The notes beneath the pieces are model-generated. The model worked only from the letters and a program-made list of their open reading frames with translations, was not told where the DNA came from and searched no databases. Position numbers and translations under genes: made by a program. Source: Callorhinchus milii (Eukaryota). From it: 64,000 nucleotides of DNA. Shown here piece after piece: positions 37,859 to 50,898 of the stretch; within the stretch, counting starts at the first letter, position 1, and the number at the start of each line of letters is the position of its first letter. The stretch lies in NCBI RefSeq assembly GCF_018977255.1, contig NW_024704742.1, positions 18,726,001 through 18,790,000 on the forward strand. Reading direction: 5' to 3'.

Positions 37859-38454
37859 TTTATAGATGTGCATTTACAAATTTTTAGAATGCATTGAACG
37901 ACAGGTGGATTTTAATAATAATACAGCCAGAACATTGTGGCTCAAGTTTAGCTCCTAATAATCCTTTGATATTGTGCCTTATCATATCGTCAAGACATCC
38001 AAAATTACTTCACAGGATGTACTATAAAGTGATGTTACTGTGTGTACTTTGTGGGCAAACACAGTAGGAACTTATTGCCAATGCCGTCATTTCAACATCA
38101 GTTTTTCAGGCTTTTTAATATGGGCCTAGATGACAGGCATGTGGGACATGGTCATCACACATGTGCAACTAAACACAATGCATCAACAATGACAATTGAC
38201 TTGACCAGGTTGACTAAAACATCAACTGTAACATTCATAAGAGGAAGTTCTCATTTGAGTAAGCATAAACTGATATTGGGGGATTCTAGTTCACAATATT
38301 CCTTAATGAGATGCCTTATTGTTGAGTACTCGTCTCAAATGGGTCTCAAAAGCAGGAGTACATCACAACGACTGGCAGGAACAAGATAACGTGACAGTCT
38401 TCCTGTATGTAACTCACAGTCAAGCTTGAAGAATCCTGCTGAGAGATATTGTAA

Positions 38455-38680
38455 TATAGAATACAATACACATTTATATAGCACCTTTCATGAAGGGAGG
38501 ATGTATAAACATGTTCAATGATACTAGATGCGCACCTGAACTGGGAATGGGAGCAGAGGAGAGTCGGGAGGGGAAGGATGACCGAAAGCCTATTCAAAGT
38601 ATTATGTTTTGAGATGTACCTTGAATGAAGGGAGGGAATGAGTGAGTCAGATAGACTCTGGGATGGTGTTCCAGAGGGAG
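38455..38680 (-). mobile_element. L2 3' fragment
   Basis: CATTTATATAGCACCTTTCATG, TGACCGAAAGCC, GTTCCAGAGGG. Confidence 0.65.
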
Positions 38681-39868
38681 AATAAACAACACGATGCTGG
38701 AAAGATGGTAAGATGGTACAGTGGCCAAAGGGCCTTCTTCATCCAAACTAATCTTGTGATCTTGTGATCCCATTTTTTAATAGGATTCTTTAAGATTGAT
38801 TCCACTGTTCAATTTTGTGATTTCAAAAAATACGTAATATTTGAGATAGAACTTAACATCCCTCATTCAATACTGCTACTTATTCGCAGGTATATAAATC
38901 TGTAAGTAAACTTAAAAGAAAGACATCTCATAATCCTTTATTATGATTTCACACTTGATGGACTGTACTTCATTTTGAACTCAAGAGTTATTTTGATGGC
39001 AACATATAATATAATAACAATAACAATAATAATAATCCTTGATATAGGGCTTTTTCACATATTTTAGATGTTTCAAAGCGCTTCACAGAATAGACTGTAA
39101 AGTGAATTGACAGTACATTTGTGGGCGAATATATGATTTTGTTTTAAAGGGAACAATAGTGGTTGGTGTATTAAGCAAACTGCATGTAGTCCATTACAAC
39201 TAATAATGGGTAGTAATTGTGGAGTAGTAATAATTACAGTCTTACTTTACTGCCAGTGGTAACATGATTTTCAGTGTAATATAGAAACACTCATTCTATT
39301 TCGGCACAAAATCTCTTGCTGTTCCAGACATAGCTTAGTGTAAGCATTTTGGCTAGATGTGAACATATGGAGGCAGCTGGCATGTGTTTCTAATAAAGCA
39401 CTTATCCGACCTTTAACTTATGTGTGGATCCACCAATGAATGAAGGATACAGAGATTCCTGGTTGGACAAGAAATCATAGTTTGATGGTACCATAAGAGT
39501 GGAATGCTGCACTGGGAATTATTGAGTGTAACAGGTGCTTAATGTAACATTGAAAACTTCAGAAATCCCATTGGAATTATATAACACATGTAGAAAGTAT
39601 AAGATTTTTATAACTCAATAAAGAATGACTCTAATCCACAGTCCATAAGAAATGATATACACCAAAGAATGTTACAGGTGTTCTGATACAAAAACAACCT
39701 CTGAGAATTTTTTACACAGGGCTAATCTGGTTGACCTCGATAACTCATTGTTGTGAACTATGAGTTTTCAAACCTTTGTTTATTCAGTCCTGTGCTTTGT
39801 CATATGGGTTAATTGTCATAAAGGTAACATTTGCAGTATTCTTTATTTAATGCCAGAGTAAACTATCA

Positions 39869-39881
39869 CCACTAGGTGGCA
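39869..39881 (+). promoter_or_regulatory. CTCF core motif match
   Basis: CCACTAGGTGGCA fits CCASYAGRKGGCR; lies outside recognised repeats. Confidence 0.35.
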
Positions 39882-40096
39882 ACGCACACCTCTATGTAAG
39901 TGTTTTCTTCCTTTCCAGATTTCAGTGCCTACCAGGTTTAAAAGGAGGTGGGCATTTTTATTTTGTACATTTTGTGCCCTGAAGCTTTTTATTTGGTAGG
40001 TATTTCTTTCTCAGTGTTTGTGTGTCAACCTAGCTCAGATGTAGCATCTTGCCTCTGAGTTAGAGAGCTGAAACTTCAAACCCCACATCAGGACAT

Positions 40097-40413
40097 AACA
40101 ATAATAATAATAATAATAACACTTACATTTGATATAGCACTTTTCACATCTTCCCGATATCTCAAAGCATTTCACAGAATATACTGTAAAGTGAATTGAC
40201 TGTATATTTGTGGGCAAAATGCGGCAGCCAATTGAACACAGCAGTGTCCCACAAACAGTCGTAGATTGAAGTGACCAATTCTATTTTTTTTTGATGGATT
40301 ATTATCTGACATGTGGAGTAAGGAAACTTGCCCAAGGTTTTGCCTTGCCGGGAATCAAACCCAGGTCTCTCGCTTGCGAGGCGAGTGCTCTAACCACTGA
40401 GATACAGGACTCC
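40097..40413 (-). mobile_element. Full-length tRNA-derived Deu-SINE with 8-bp TSD, nested in an older SINE (about 40040-40632, plus)
   Basis: TSD CAGGACAT at 40089-40096 and 40420-40427; intact head, Deu core and tail. Confidence 0.92.
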
Positions 40414-40699
40414 TCTATACAGGACATGGCACGCATCTAGTGTTGAATGACATTCCTAAGCAATATGCTGCATTGTTGCAGGTGCCGTCTTTCTGATGAT
40501 ACGTTAACCTAGGTCCCATCTGACCGTTAACTGTCATGTTTGCCCACAAAAGCACAGTCACTGCAACTTACAGTATATACTGTGAAGTGCTTTGAAATGT
40601 CCTATTTATACCAACTGTAAGGATTACTATTATTATCTCCTGAGGAAGGACAAAATTCATGATCTCTTTGATCAAAAATTAAGTGTAATCAATTGGGTA

Positions 40700-41116
40700 G
40701 ATTGGATGGGATTGTTCTCCTTAGAGCAGAGAAGGTTAAAAGGATATTCAATGGAGATGTTCAAAATTCTGAGGGTTTTTTGATTTAGTAAATAGGGAGA
40801 AACTGCTTCCTCTGACGGCTGGTCATTAATCAGAGGACGCAGATTCAAAATAAGTGGCAAAAGAATCAGAGGAGAACATTTTTTTCCAGAAAGTTGTTAC
40901 TATCTGGAATGCACTGCCTGAAAGGATGGTGGAGGCAGATTCGATAGTAGCTTTCAAAAGAGAATTGGATAGGTACTTGAAAACAAAGAAATTGCAAGGA
41001 TATGAGGTAAGAGCAGAAGAGTGGGACTAGTTGTATAGCTCTTTCAAAGAGCTGCAGAAGGCTCGATGGGCCGAACGGCCTCCTTTTGTGCTGTAAGATT
41101 TTATGATTCTATGATT
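40700..41116 (+). mobile_element. CR1 LINE 3' end
   Basis: GLFSLEQRRLKG, FKIL, TRG, IWNALP, FKRELD; 3' UTR GATGGGCCGAACGGCCTCC and (ATTCTATG) tail. Confidence 0.9.
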
Positions 41117-41384
41117 AGGCCTGAGGCCTGAATGGCTTTCTCGTGTTCCTACATTTCTATGACAGTTCTAAGAATGATTGACTATTAACACATTGAAAGG
41201 AATACAACTTTCAATTTTCAAAGCAGTAATATAATTTTATGTTTGATCATCTTCAGGTCTACTAAACCACCCACATTCTTTTAGTTTTGCCAAATATCTG
41301 ATACATGCGGAAATCTATTAGTATCCTCACGAGCATCCAAATACACAGTCAAGCCAGCTATACATGGAAATTTCCCTGAGTCAG

Positions 41385-41900
41385 GAATGGAATGTGCACC
41401 CTCTTCTTACTTTTCTTACCTAATTCTGGAATGTTTGACAGTTTGACAAGAGCCAAGGATAGGGGAGCCCAGAATGTGTGCTGAGGGAAACTGGAGCTTA
41501 ATCAGCTAAAACCACAATAGCTTGCCATTGCAAGCACTATCTGGCAAACTTCCTGCTGCTTGTCCACCCTTAGGGCTTTGGCTTGCAGGGTAAACGGGAG
41601 CTGAATGGAAAGTATCCCTGCCCCCGATGACCTGCCTGCCCCTCCAAGTCTGGCCAACAACTCAGGTTGGTTGGTCTAGCATCAGCAATGTCTCAGACTT
41701 CTGTGGACCCACTTGGCTCAGAAACAACACTACCAATTCCGATACAGAGGGTTGTCACGATTGTGACATTCAGTTGCCAAGCAGGTCAACTTGGAGGCAT
41801 TTCAGCCCAGAGGTATCCTTATTACCCCAGGAGAATAGATTCCCACATTTGCTGGTATTCTGATTGGAGAGATTCCAATATTTGACCTCTCACCACAGGA
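41385..41900 (-). mobile_element. 3' end of RTE/RTE-X-like LINE (copy 2)
   Basis: Minus peptides SILLG, VVLFLSQVGPQ; 3' UTR colinear with 20750-21040; GGAATGGAATG (reverse CATTC tail) at the left end. Confidence 0.65.
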
Positions 41901-41935
41901 TCCCAATTCTCAGTTGTTTCTAGATGAAGGAGAAT

Positions 41936-42637
41936 TACAACAACAACAACTTGGATTTATATAGCACCCTCCATGCTGGACGGCGTCTCAGAGCGCTTCA
42001 CAGTGACGGATCCCGGGGCCACGCCAGGGGGAGGAAGGTGACCAAAGGCGCGGTCAAAATGAAAGATCTTCATCTTCATCTTCATCTTCCTGAAAATAGG
42101 AAGAGAGGGGCCCTGCGAGGCGAAGGGAGTGAGGAAGGGAGCTCCAGAGCCTCGGGGCATAGTGGCTAAAGGCACAGCTGCCGATGGTGGAGCAGAGGAT
42201 TTGGGGAACAAGGAGGAGGCCAAACCTGGTGGACCGAAGGCAACGGGCACTGTTGTGAGGAGAGAGGAGGTCAGAGAGGTAGGGAGGTGCAGAGGAGTGG
42301 AGGGATTTGAAGACAAGCGAGGATCTTGAAGTCGATCCTTTCTGGGACAGGCAGCCAGTGCAGTCTGGCAAGGACTGGGGTTATCAGGGAGCAGAGTTTG
42401 GTGCGGGTAAGAATGCGGAGTGTTTTGGATGACCTGGATTTTGTGAATGGTAGTGGAGGAGAGACCGGCGAGGAGGGCATTAGCATAGTCCAGCCGAGAG
42501 GTACCAAAGCATGGACTTTTGGAGTAAGATATTGGCGGAGACAGGCGATGTGTCGGAGGTGGAAGAAAACGGTGCTGGTGAGGGACCAGATGTGGGAGAG
42601 GAAGGATAATTGGGGGTTGAACCTGACGCCTAGGTTA
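41936..42637 (-). mobile_element. L2 LINE 3' fragment
   Basis: NLGVRFNPQLSF, ITPVLARLHWLPVPERIDFKIL; (CAA)n tail. Confidence 0.92.
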
Positions 42638-43189
42638 AGCAAATATTAGCAAGTATTGGACATGTGTATATGAGACATCATAGAATAAGCAAAGGCCTTT
42701 TATTTTATCGTCTCCACTTTTTCTTCAGAGCATACAAAACTAGTGTTTCGGGATACACCCTACCTACTCTATCTTCTGGGAGATAATTCTCCATAGATAT
42801 TAGATATTTCTGGTTCCTAGGCAACCATGTATGTCCAGTATGTTCATTCACACTTGCATAACCAATTTAAATTGTAGGTCAAAGGACAAAAGAACAGTCA
42901 TTCATTTCAGTGTTAATTTTACAATTCAGTTGAGCTGACCCCTTTAATCTAGTGGCAAATTGGTTTGTGTACAGATGCAGATTAAATACATTGTAGTTTG
43001 TTTGTGGTGCTTGAAGTTAATTTACCTCTTGTTTGATTTCTGAATACAATTAACTCTTTGCACACGCTAAATCCCAGATATTAATGTTTTTCTTAAACTA
43101 AATTATTGAAAAAAGTGTTGTTTCTTTCAAGACACTTATTGAAAGACTTGTCCAGAGAGACAGTTCAATTGTAAGTGGAGCAGAAAAGA

Positions 43190-43620
43190 TTGACCTTTGA
43201 ACAGCGAAGTTGATCTTTGAACAGAGGAGATTGAGGGGCGATCTGCTTGAGGTGTTTAAGATAGTAAAGTCAATTGATCAAGTAGAAAAAAAGTGATTCT
43301 TTCCTATACTTTCATGATCCAGAACAATTCAAAATTAGAGCTAGACCTGTTAACAACAATAACACATATAGCATCCTTCACACAGGATAGTGTCTCAGAG
43401 CACTTTGAAGGAGAATTAAGATTATCCCTGACCTAGACCTCTTAATAGTAAAATGAGAAGACATTTCTTTAATGAGAAAGTTGCGGGATGGTGGATTTCT
43501 CTTCCTTCCTTCCTCATTCATTCTCATGTAACAGTTACACGGTTGCATTCTAAGAACATTTTTGGGAAGGAATCAATAGGCTCAGTGGTCAGATTACCTG
43601 TGGTCCTATTTCAGCTGTAG
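43190..43620 (+). mobile_element. Old CR1 3' fragment with nested L2/SINE tail
   Basis: CTTTGAACAGAGGAGATTGAGGGGCGATCTGCTTGAGGTGTTTAAG (RRLRGDL.EVFK). Confidence 0.7.
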
Positions 43621-44261
43621 CACCTTATGCCCCGTTGAGCTCCTCAGGAAAGCAGAAGTATTTTCTTAATGCCAAAAAACCCTGCTCAAAAATGTAAAAT
43701 ATTCAATTGGAACCATATAATTACATCCTAGAAATTGTAACCATCTTATTAACTTCCACAATAGTACTATTTCCTGAGGCACTTTTAATGCCTGAAATGT
43801 TAGCAGCATCGTGCAGCATTGCTGATAAAACACTTGTACTGATTCACATAATCTTATTTTGAAGACCAGGGAAAGAAAAAAAATCCCTTCCAATTTATTT
43901 GTTGTACATTGGCAATCACGATGTAAGTATGGTATTTTCTCGGATTTACCGCACCAATGATAATAGAACAACACAATAATTTAAAGAAGGAAAGCAATTT
44001 CAATCAAAGCCTGAAACATTAACACATACTTTAGATATCTAAAAGAAAGATATTTGGATAGTAAAAATAAGAAGGGGCATGGCAGAAGCTAGGACATTAG
44101 AAATAAAATATCTGGCAAGATCCAATAAACCGGTCAAACAAGCTCGGTGGGCTGAATAGTCTCCTCCTGTTCCTGTTTTCCTATGTTTCTACTTCTCTTT
44201 CAGATGTTGAATGTTTTGCTCCCGTTGTTCAGCATATACACCCACCATCTGAAAGAAACTA

Positions 44262-44570
44262 TTTCTTCTGGTGGAGGAATGCTGAACAAGGAGGCATAAT
44301 CTTAAAATTAGAGTTAGGCCTTTTAAGAGTGAAATCAGGAGGCAGTTTTGCACATAAAGGACAGTGAAAATCTGGAACTCTCTCCCCCAAAAGCTGAGGA
44401 TGCTGGATCCATTCACATTTTCAAGACTGAGGTGGATAAATATTTGTTAGGTCAGGGTATCAAGGGATATGGGGCTAGGGTGGGTAATTGGAGTTGAAGT
44501 ACAGATCAGCCATGTAACAGGCTAAAGGGGCTGAATGGCCTATTCCTGTTTCTATGTTTCTATGCTTCTA
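44262..44570 (+). mobile_element. CR1 3' end
   Basis: ACAAGGAGGCATAATCTTAAAATTAG, IWNSLPQK, GGGCTGAATGGCCTA, (TTTCTATG)n tail. Confidence 0.88.
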
Positions 44571-45099
44571 TTAAGGCAGGTTTTCAGGCTATCTGTCCCC
44601 ACACTTTGAAACTCCATCCCGGTGAGCCCACAAATTCAGGGCTGCTCTCTTAAATATGGTTTGCCACATTTACTGAAATTTGAACAAACAACATGAAAAC
44701 TTCAACACTACATCTGGCATGAGGGAGCATACATATTGGAGTGGATATAGTACAGCTTTTTGATACTTCAAATCCCACAATAAATATTCTATTTTTAGAA
44801 ATCCTCCAGTTCCATTAATTAATTTGTAAGGGCCATTGCTTACTTTCTTCATGGAGTCCTCTCTAGAAACTAATTAGGTGGTATTCAAGTGAAGCTCTCT
44901 ACTGGAGACACTTGTACTGTCCAGTACTCTAGTTCCCCTTTGATAATTTGAAACAAAAGATCAGGACTCAACCATTTGAGTTCTTCCATGTAATTCTCTG
45001 TGACATAACCTCTTGAAAATATTTCATTTTCCCCTCCAGGTTTCAAAAGTACCTCTCAGAAATTCAGCCATTGTAAACAAAATCTCCCTCTTCCAAAAA

Positions 45100-46760
45100 T
45101 TTGAGCCAGGATTGGTTTGTGTCCCCCACAACCTGTATCCCCAAGTTATTATGTTTTCATGAATAGTGTTTTCATGAAAGGGAGGTTCTGGATTTTTCTC
45201 TTCTGTTCTGTAGCATATCAACATTTTCCTCTTCAGTTTGTCTGGCGGTAACTGTGCTGTTTCTTTATGAAGCTGTGGCAGTTTCTTTAGCTCCAGAAAG
45301 GCAGTGAACATTTGTTCTCAGTGGAGAAGGTAAAAGTAATGTGAATCTCCTTCAATATTATCTATGCAATATAGAGGATATTTTGTCCATGGATCATCCT
45401 AACATAGAAATAAATGCAACATTATTGTATTCTCGTTAAACAATGTAATGGACTAGTGATTTCATGTTGTTTGTTTTCTGAACTCTGAATTTTGCAGACC
45501 AGTGTAATAAAATCTCCATTGAATTTTTTCTCCTCCAAAGTTTAATTCCCTCAGGATCTGTCAAAGCCGTTTCATTGTTTTGTGAACCAGGAATAGGTGG
45601 TGCACAGATGAATCAACACAATATGCCATGCAATGCTACAAGGCAGATTCCTCCTCTCCAAATCCTGCGTCCACCACGACAGAGTGAGGGAAATTCAATG
45701 GGTAAGCCCAAACCTGACCCAAGTAGAAAATACATGGTGCATGATGGTGCTAAGCTGAAAGGAAAATAGCAATGAGAACAAGATGGAAGACGCCCTGTTA
45801 AAAGGTGTTAGAGTTTGCTTATAACATGGGGATACCGTAGACCTACAGTTATCGAAAGTGTGGGACAATTCCAGCTTCCAGCACAGACTGGCTGGCCTCC
45901 TGAATTCGTGTAACATGTCAACACTTTCGCATGTGTTTCAAGTCCTGGAAACACACGGAGGAAGACAGCCGCTCTTGGGTTCACCATAATGTCCCATTGA
46001 CTGACTCTGTGTTCAAGATGGTACAGGAGTTCAAGAGATCCACAGAAGAGTCCACCAAAAGCATAATATCATCTGCAAACAGAAGCGTAACAATCTATAA
46101 GAAATTCCTGGAACAAATACATCAAATCTAGTCCCCTCAATGCCATCCAATATATCACTGATGAATATATCGAATGAGGCATGCGACAATGGACAGACTT
46201 GTTTTGTACCATTTTGAATAATAGGCTCAGTGAATTTATGATCAACGTTTACATGAATCTTGGAGCTGCAACACAATATAAAAATAAAATCCAAAATTTG
46301 GTCATGTGCTGCCATAGTTCCATTGTTATGTGGATTTCATGAGGCATTCTGTCGAAAGCCTTCTGGAAATCTATGAAAGTAACATAGGTTGGTTTTCTCT
46401 AGCCTTTCAAAGTTCCATAATCTAATACAAAGCCACAAACTGCACCATACACTCAAAAGAATGAATCCAGCCTGTTACTTCCTGATCAAACCATGGATCT
46501 CCAATGCATCCAATGAAAATCCAAAGCAGCACCTTGAGAGCCACTCATGTCAATGAGATTCCTGGGTATTTCTTAGACTCAATATGTTCCCCTTCTTGTT
46601 ATCACAGTTGCAGTCTGGAACACTGAGCGTGTGTGATTTCAGACAGAAAGCCTTAGAAAGGTATATCTAAGGTGAGTTAATGTTCCCCAACAATGATCTT
46701 AGAGTTCTCCATCTTCAGAGCAGCTTTTAGGAACTTGGCATAATAGCTTGTATAAGGACA
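45100..46760 (-). mobile_element. Decayed RTE/RTE-X-like LINE ORF (RT through C-terminal Cys/His region)
   Basis: Across frameshifts: AKFLKAALK, KKG, GISL..VALKVL, ECMVQFVALY, PTYVTFIDFQKAFDRMPHE, GTKQVCPLSHASFDIFISDILDGIEG, FADD, and KC.ICY....PEPPFH near 45200. Confidence 0.8.
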
Positions 46761-47283
46761 GGGAATACAGAGCGAGGCAAAGCATTCTTTAGTCATGGAG
46801 TTGTTTCATAAAATTAGATAGGTCCAGAGCCAATGTGATGAATCTTGAATTTAACAGCGAGGGTGTTAGAAAGATGATACAAGAGTAAGATAACATATTC
46901 TACGGCAAACAAGTGAGGAAAATTCAGGGAAGCAAGGCCATGGTAGGAAAGATAAGGATCACTTATGAGTCAACAAGCAAATAAACCATTTTTATAACAA
47001 CTTATCATGTTGCAAAATCTCAAGTGCCACCTAGGTAATTATTGTCAAGTGCAGCAACTATTTTTGTCAGCACGCATGGTAGACATTAACACCAGCAAGA
47101 TCTGTCAAACAGCCATGAGGTTAATGACCAGCTAATGTGCTATGTTTTATATCTTCTTATTTGCTAGCAGTCTCGCTTCTGAGTTAAGCCCCTTGTCAGG
47201 ACTCTGCTGCATTGTCACAAGTGCTGACCTTCAGATGAAACATTATACCGAGTTCCCATCTGGCTGTTCCATTGGATGTTAAA

Positions 47284-47561
47284 TAATAATAATAATAATC
47301 CTTGCAAAGCGCTTCACAGAACACACTGTAAAGTGAATTGACTGTATATTTGTGGGCGAACGCGGCAGCCAATTGCGCACAGCAATGTCCCACAAACAAT
47401 CGTAGATTGAAAATGACCAATTTATTATTGTTTTTTTTTTGAGGGATTATTATTAGGTGTGTGGAGTAAGGAAACTTGCCCAAGGTTTCGCTCTGCCTGG
47501 ATTTGAACTCGGGTCTCTCGCTTGCAAAGCGAGTGCTCTAACCACTGAGCTACAGGACTCC
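47284..47561 (-). mobile_element. Young tRNA(Ala)-headed Deu-SINE lacking the 3' stem-loop, nested in an older Deu-SINE (about 47165-47690, plus)
   Basis: TSD GTTAAA at 47278-47283 and 47567-47572 splits GGATGTTAAAGATC of the host SINE. Confidence 0.92.
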
Positions 47562-49744
47562 ACTAAGTTAAAGATCTCATGGTACAATTCAAAAAGAGAA
47601 TGGAGTTTCTCTCAGTGTCTTGGACAATAATATCCCAGATAAAATTGATCATTCACTTCATGGCTGTCTGTGGAACATTACTGTGTGCCAGGATTATCAC
47701 ATATCTTTGTACAGATTTGTGCATCCCTAATATGTATATACACAAATATATTCTTAAACGAGGAAGGAAACAAGACACAGGTGTTACTCTACAGAGTATT
47801 ATTCAAATAAAATGTATTAATATAACCTAAAATAAGATGCAGAATAAGGAAGACTTATAAAAAATAGGAAAATATATTTTCCATTATTTTTCAGCAGCAG
47901 CATCTGGTGCAACACATCTGGTACTGGGAAAACATTTCAAATAAGAAACTTCAGAGGCAGAGCCAGTGAGACAAAACATTTCACTTCCAAAGCAAGTGTC
48001 CTCATTCCAACCAGAACCCAGCACATCAGACATAGTTAAATTTAATATTCTAATAAAACCTAAAACCACAAATAACAATTCAGATGTGCAGGACTGAGGA
48101 TGAAAAGAGTTTAAGTGGGAAGCAGAGCTAGAAAATGAGATAAAGGAATATAGAATTGTTTTCAAATTTTTAAAGGGCTATCGAGGTATTGGGAAGATAT
48201 TTCACCTGGGTCTATATTTATTCTATTTCTATAACATTTTAGAGCATCCAGAATTTGGCATATTCTTAACTACCGTCCTATTTTGAAGCTGGTTTTCTGT
48301 AAGTTCATTAAATAACTACAGAAAACTAGTTAAAAGACTGAAATCAACAATTCACCAACCGTGCACATTTTAAAATGCTGCATAAATAAGGTATATCTAG
48401 AATTTCTCCCTGTAACTACAGCAAGGCCCTGACTTCAGTGGCTTCAAAGACGTTCAAAAAGCGCAACAAGAAGTACTTTAAAGATACAAGAAAAGTGATG
48501 AAAATTGCAGAACTTAAAAGACAACTGGACATAATTAAAATGAATGAGCAATATGTGCACTGGTAGGAACAATGAGAAACAATCAGTGAAAGTTTGTATT
48601 TATTAATAATGCAGGGCTGATCAAAGATCTATGTACTTTAACTCTTACAGCCTCAGGTTGAGTCATTACAGTGTAATTATTTAGGACTGCTTTGCAATTG
48701 GGAACACCAATGGAGTGCTGTACTGTCCCTTCCAGTACTATGATACAGATGAATGATCTTCCATCTCCACCTCTCTGTTAATACTCCCTTGGTAAATTCA
48801 CACTGTAAATATTTGATATTGGCCAGGCCATCTCAGAGTAAAATATCAAGCAGAAATTAATGGCTTTCTCAGAGGAACTGAAGAAAAACTCAACAAGTCT
48901 ACAGAGACTCCATTCTGCATTGACTAACCACTCGTGCACATTTTCAGTTCATACATTGTGAAGCTGAAAGAACTATAAATATTACAGAAACAAAGCAAAA
49001 CATTCAGTATCTACTGTAATATTAATCCCCTCCTTTAAAATAAACAAAACAAACCACAAATTTTAAATAAACTGGTCTCTGTAAGATTATTGGGCCTCTT
49101 TAAAAAGATTATATGCAATCGGTTTCTACTTCTGAATCGTATCATTTATCTTTCTTCTTCTTACTTCCATCTCCTATTATAGAAGGTTTTGTAGCCACTA
49201 AAAATGTAATTGATGGAGGGTTGAGATTCATAGAAAGTACGACTCACTCTCCAAATTCAAAAGTTAAATAAATAACGTTAAGGAAAAGCTGAAATTGTGG
49301 AGCACTGAAGAGAGATTAAAGAAAGGAAAAAAAACTGTTAAATGTTGGATGCTTTTTTGCTACTTAGTCGGCAGAAATGGAGACTGGAGAATCTGTTTTG
49401 AATGCATCTCTGAGTGTGGTGAGTAGCCAGCTTCTGACAGAAAATTCCTCTAAATTTAAAATATATTACTTCCGTGCTTATTTTAAGGAGGTTTATTTAG
49501 TTAAACTCTCATTCTGTGTCGGTGACTATCCAGCTCATCATTGTACCTTCTAGAAATGAACAACTGTAAACATAGTGTTTGAACATAAAAATAACAGTGA
49601 TTTTTGGTGCAAATATTCATCTCTCATTACATATATAATTTTGCAAGGGTCCAATTTATGGTATTTTGTAATGGAATTTCTTATCATCAGCAAACTAACG
49701 ATTTTAAACATGAGTTTATACAATCCCAAATGAGGTTAAAGTCT

Positions 49745-50044
49745 TCCCCAGTGACCTAGCTCTAGGGTATACATACCAGAAGGTTTCAGGTTTGAATCCC
49801 AAGTCTCTGCAGTATTTACTGAGCTCAACCAAGCCAGCAATTTTGATGCTACAATTGGCCTTAGTATCCCAAGGTTAGGTGAGGGGCTCCCATTCCTGAT
49901 TGCTATCCAGAAATCTACTTCTGCAAGGTGGGTGTACCGACGCTAAATAAGCATGATGAGCACACAACTAGGGTTGGCTGGGATGCACCATGTTTGAATA
50001 AGCTGCCACTTGAGTGAGGTTCAAGGGAGTGCCCATGGAACCAT
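49745..50044 (+). mobile_element. AmnSINE2-like relic
   Basis: ACCAGAAGG..CAGGTTTGAATCCC, GCTACAATTGGCCTTAGTATCCC..GGTTAGG, CCTGATTGCTATCCAG. Confidence 0.55.
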
Positions 50045-50365
50045 GGAATGTCCTGTAGCTCAGTGGTTAGAGCACTCGCCTTGCAACCGAGACATCTGGG
50101 TTCAATTCCAGGCAGGGCGAAACCATGGGCAAGTTTCCTTATTCCACATGCCTGATAATAATCCCTTCAAAAACAAAAAACAATAATAATTTGGTCGTTT
50201 TCAATCCACAACTGTTTGTGGGACACTGCTGTGCGCAATTGGCTGTCGCATTTCGCCCACAGATATACAGTCAACTCACTTTATAGCATATTCTGTGAAG
50301 CGCTTTGAGACATCTAGAAGACGTGAAAAGTGCTATATCAAATGTAAGGATTATTATTATTATTA
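50045..50365 (+). mobile_element. Full-length tRNA-derived Deu-SINE (short variant)
   Basis: GTCCTGTAGCTCAGTGGTTAGAGCACTCGCCTTGCAACCGAG...GGGTTCAATTCC; Deu core; tail. Confidence 0.92.
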
Positions 50366-50379
50366 CTCAAATAAAAAGA

Positions 50380-50750
50380 AAAAGGGATTGGCTTCAGGAG
50401 GAGAGGCAAGAGGGAGGAAAATTGGACAAGAATAAATGGCAATTTTTGAAATACATAGAGTACGATATATAAAACGTGAAAGGTAAGTTAATGGGGTGCT
50501 GTAAGAGGTGCCAAAGCATCAGGACAAGAGGGAACAGGTTCAGGGTTACAAATGATACACAACACAAACTATTCCTTTTCATTGATGGTAACAGTACCTG
50601 ATTTTTCATAAGGCCTATGGAACTGGACCTTACAAAGAATGAGCTACCCAGGAATGGTGTAAACTGTACGCCCAGATGGTGGATTTATTTGAGTCAATTT
50701 CATGCTGTAATGAAAAGATGGTATAAGTGATATTGTGGAAAGATAAGAAC
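50380..50750 (+). mobile_element. Old CR1 3' fragment
   Basis: TTCAGGAGGAGAGGCAAGAGGG, AGGACAAGAGGGAAC (TRG), CTATGGAAC (LWN). Confidence 0.5.
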
Positions 50751-50898
50751 AAATATTCACACTCTTTGCTACTCTACTCTGTGAGTTCCTGAGTTATCCA
50801 TACCAAATTCATGCCATTTTGTATGGTCATTTGGTGTCTGCCACACACCGAGAATCATCACCATGCTTAAGGGTATCCAAACCAGACTGAGCATTCCC

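Noticed and set aside
42066..42089. (ATCTTC)n repeat inside an L2
   Set aside because: Simple slippage expansion.
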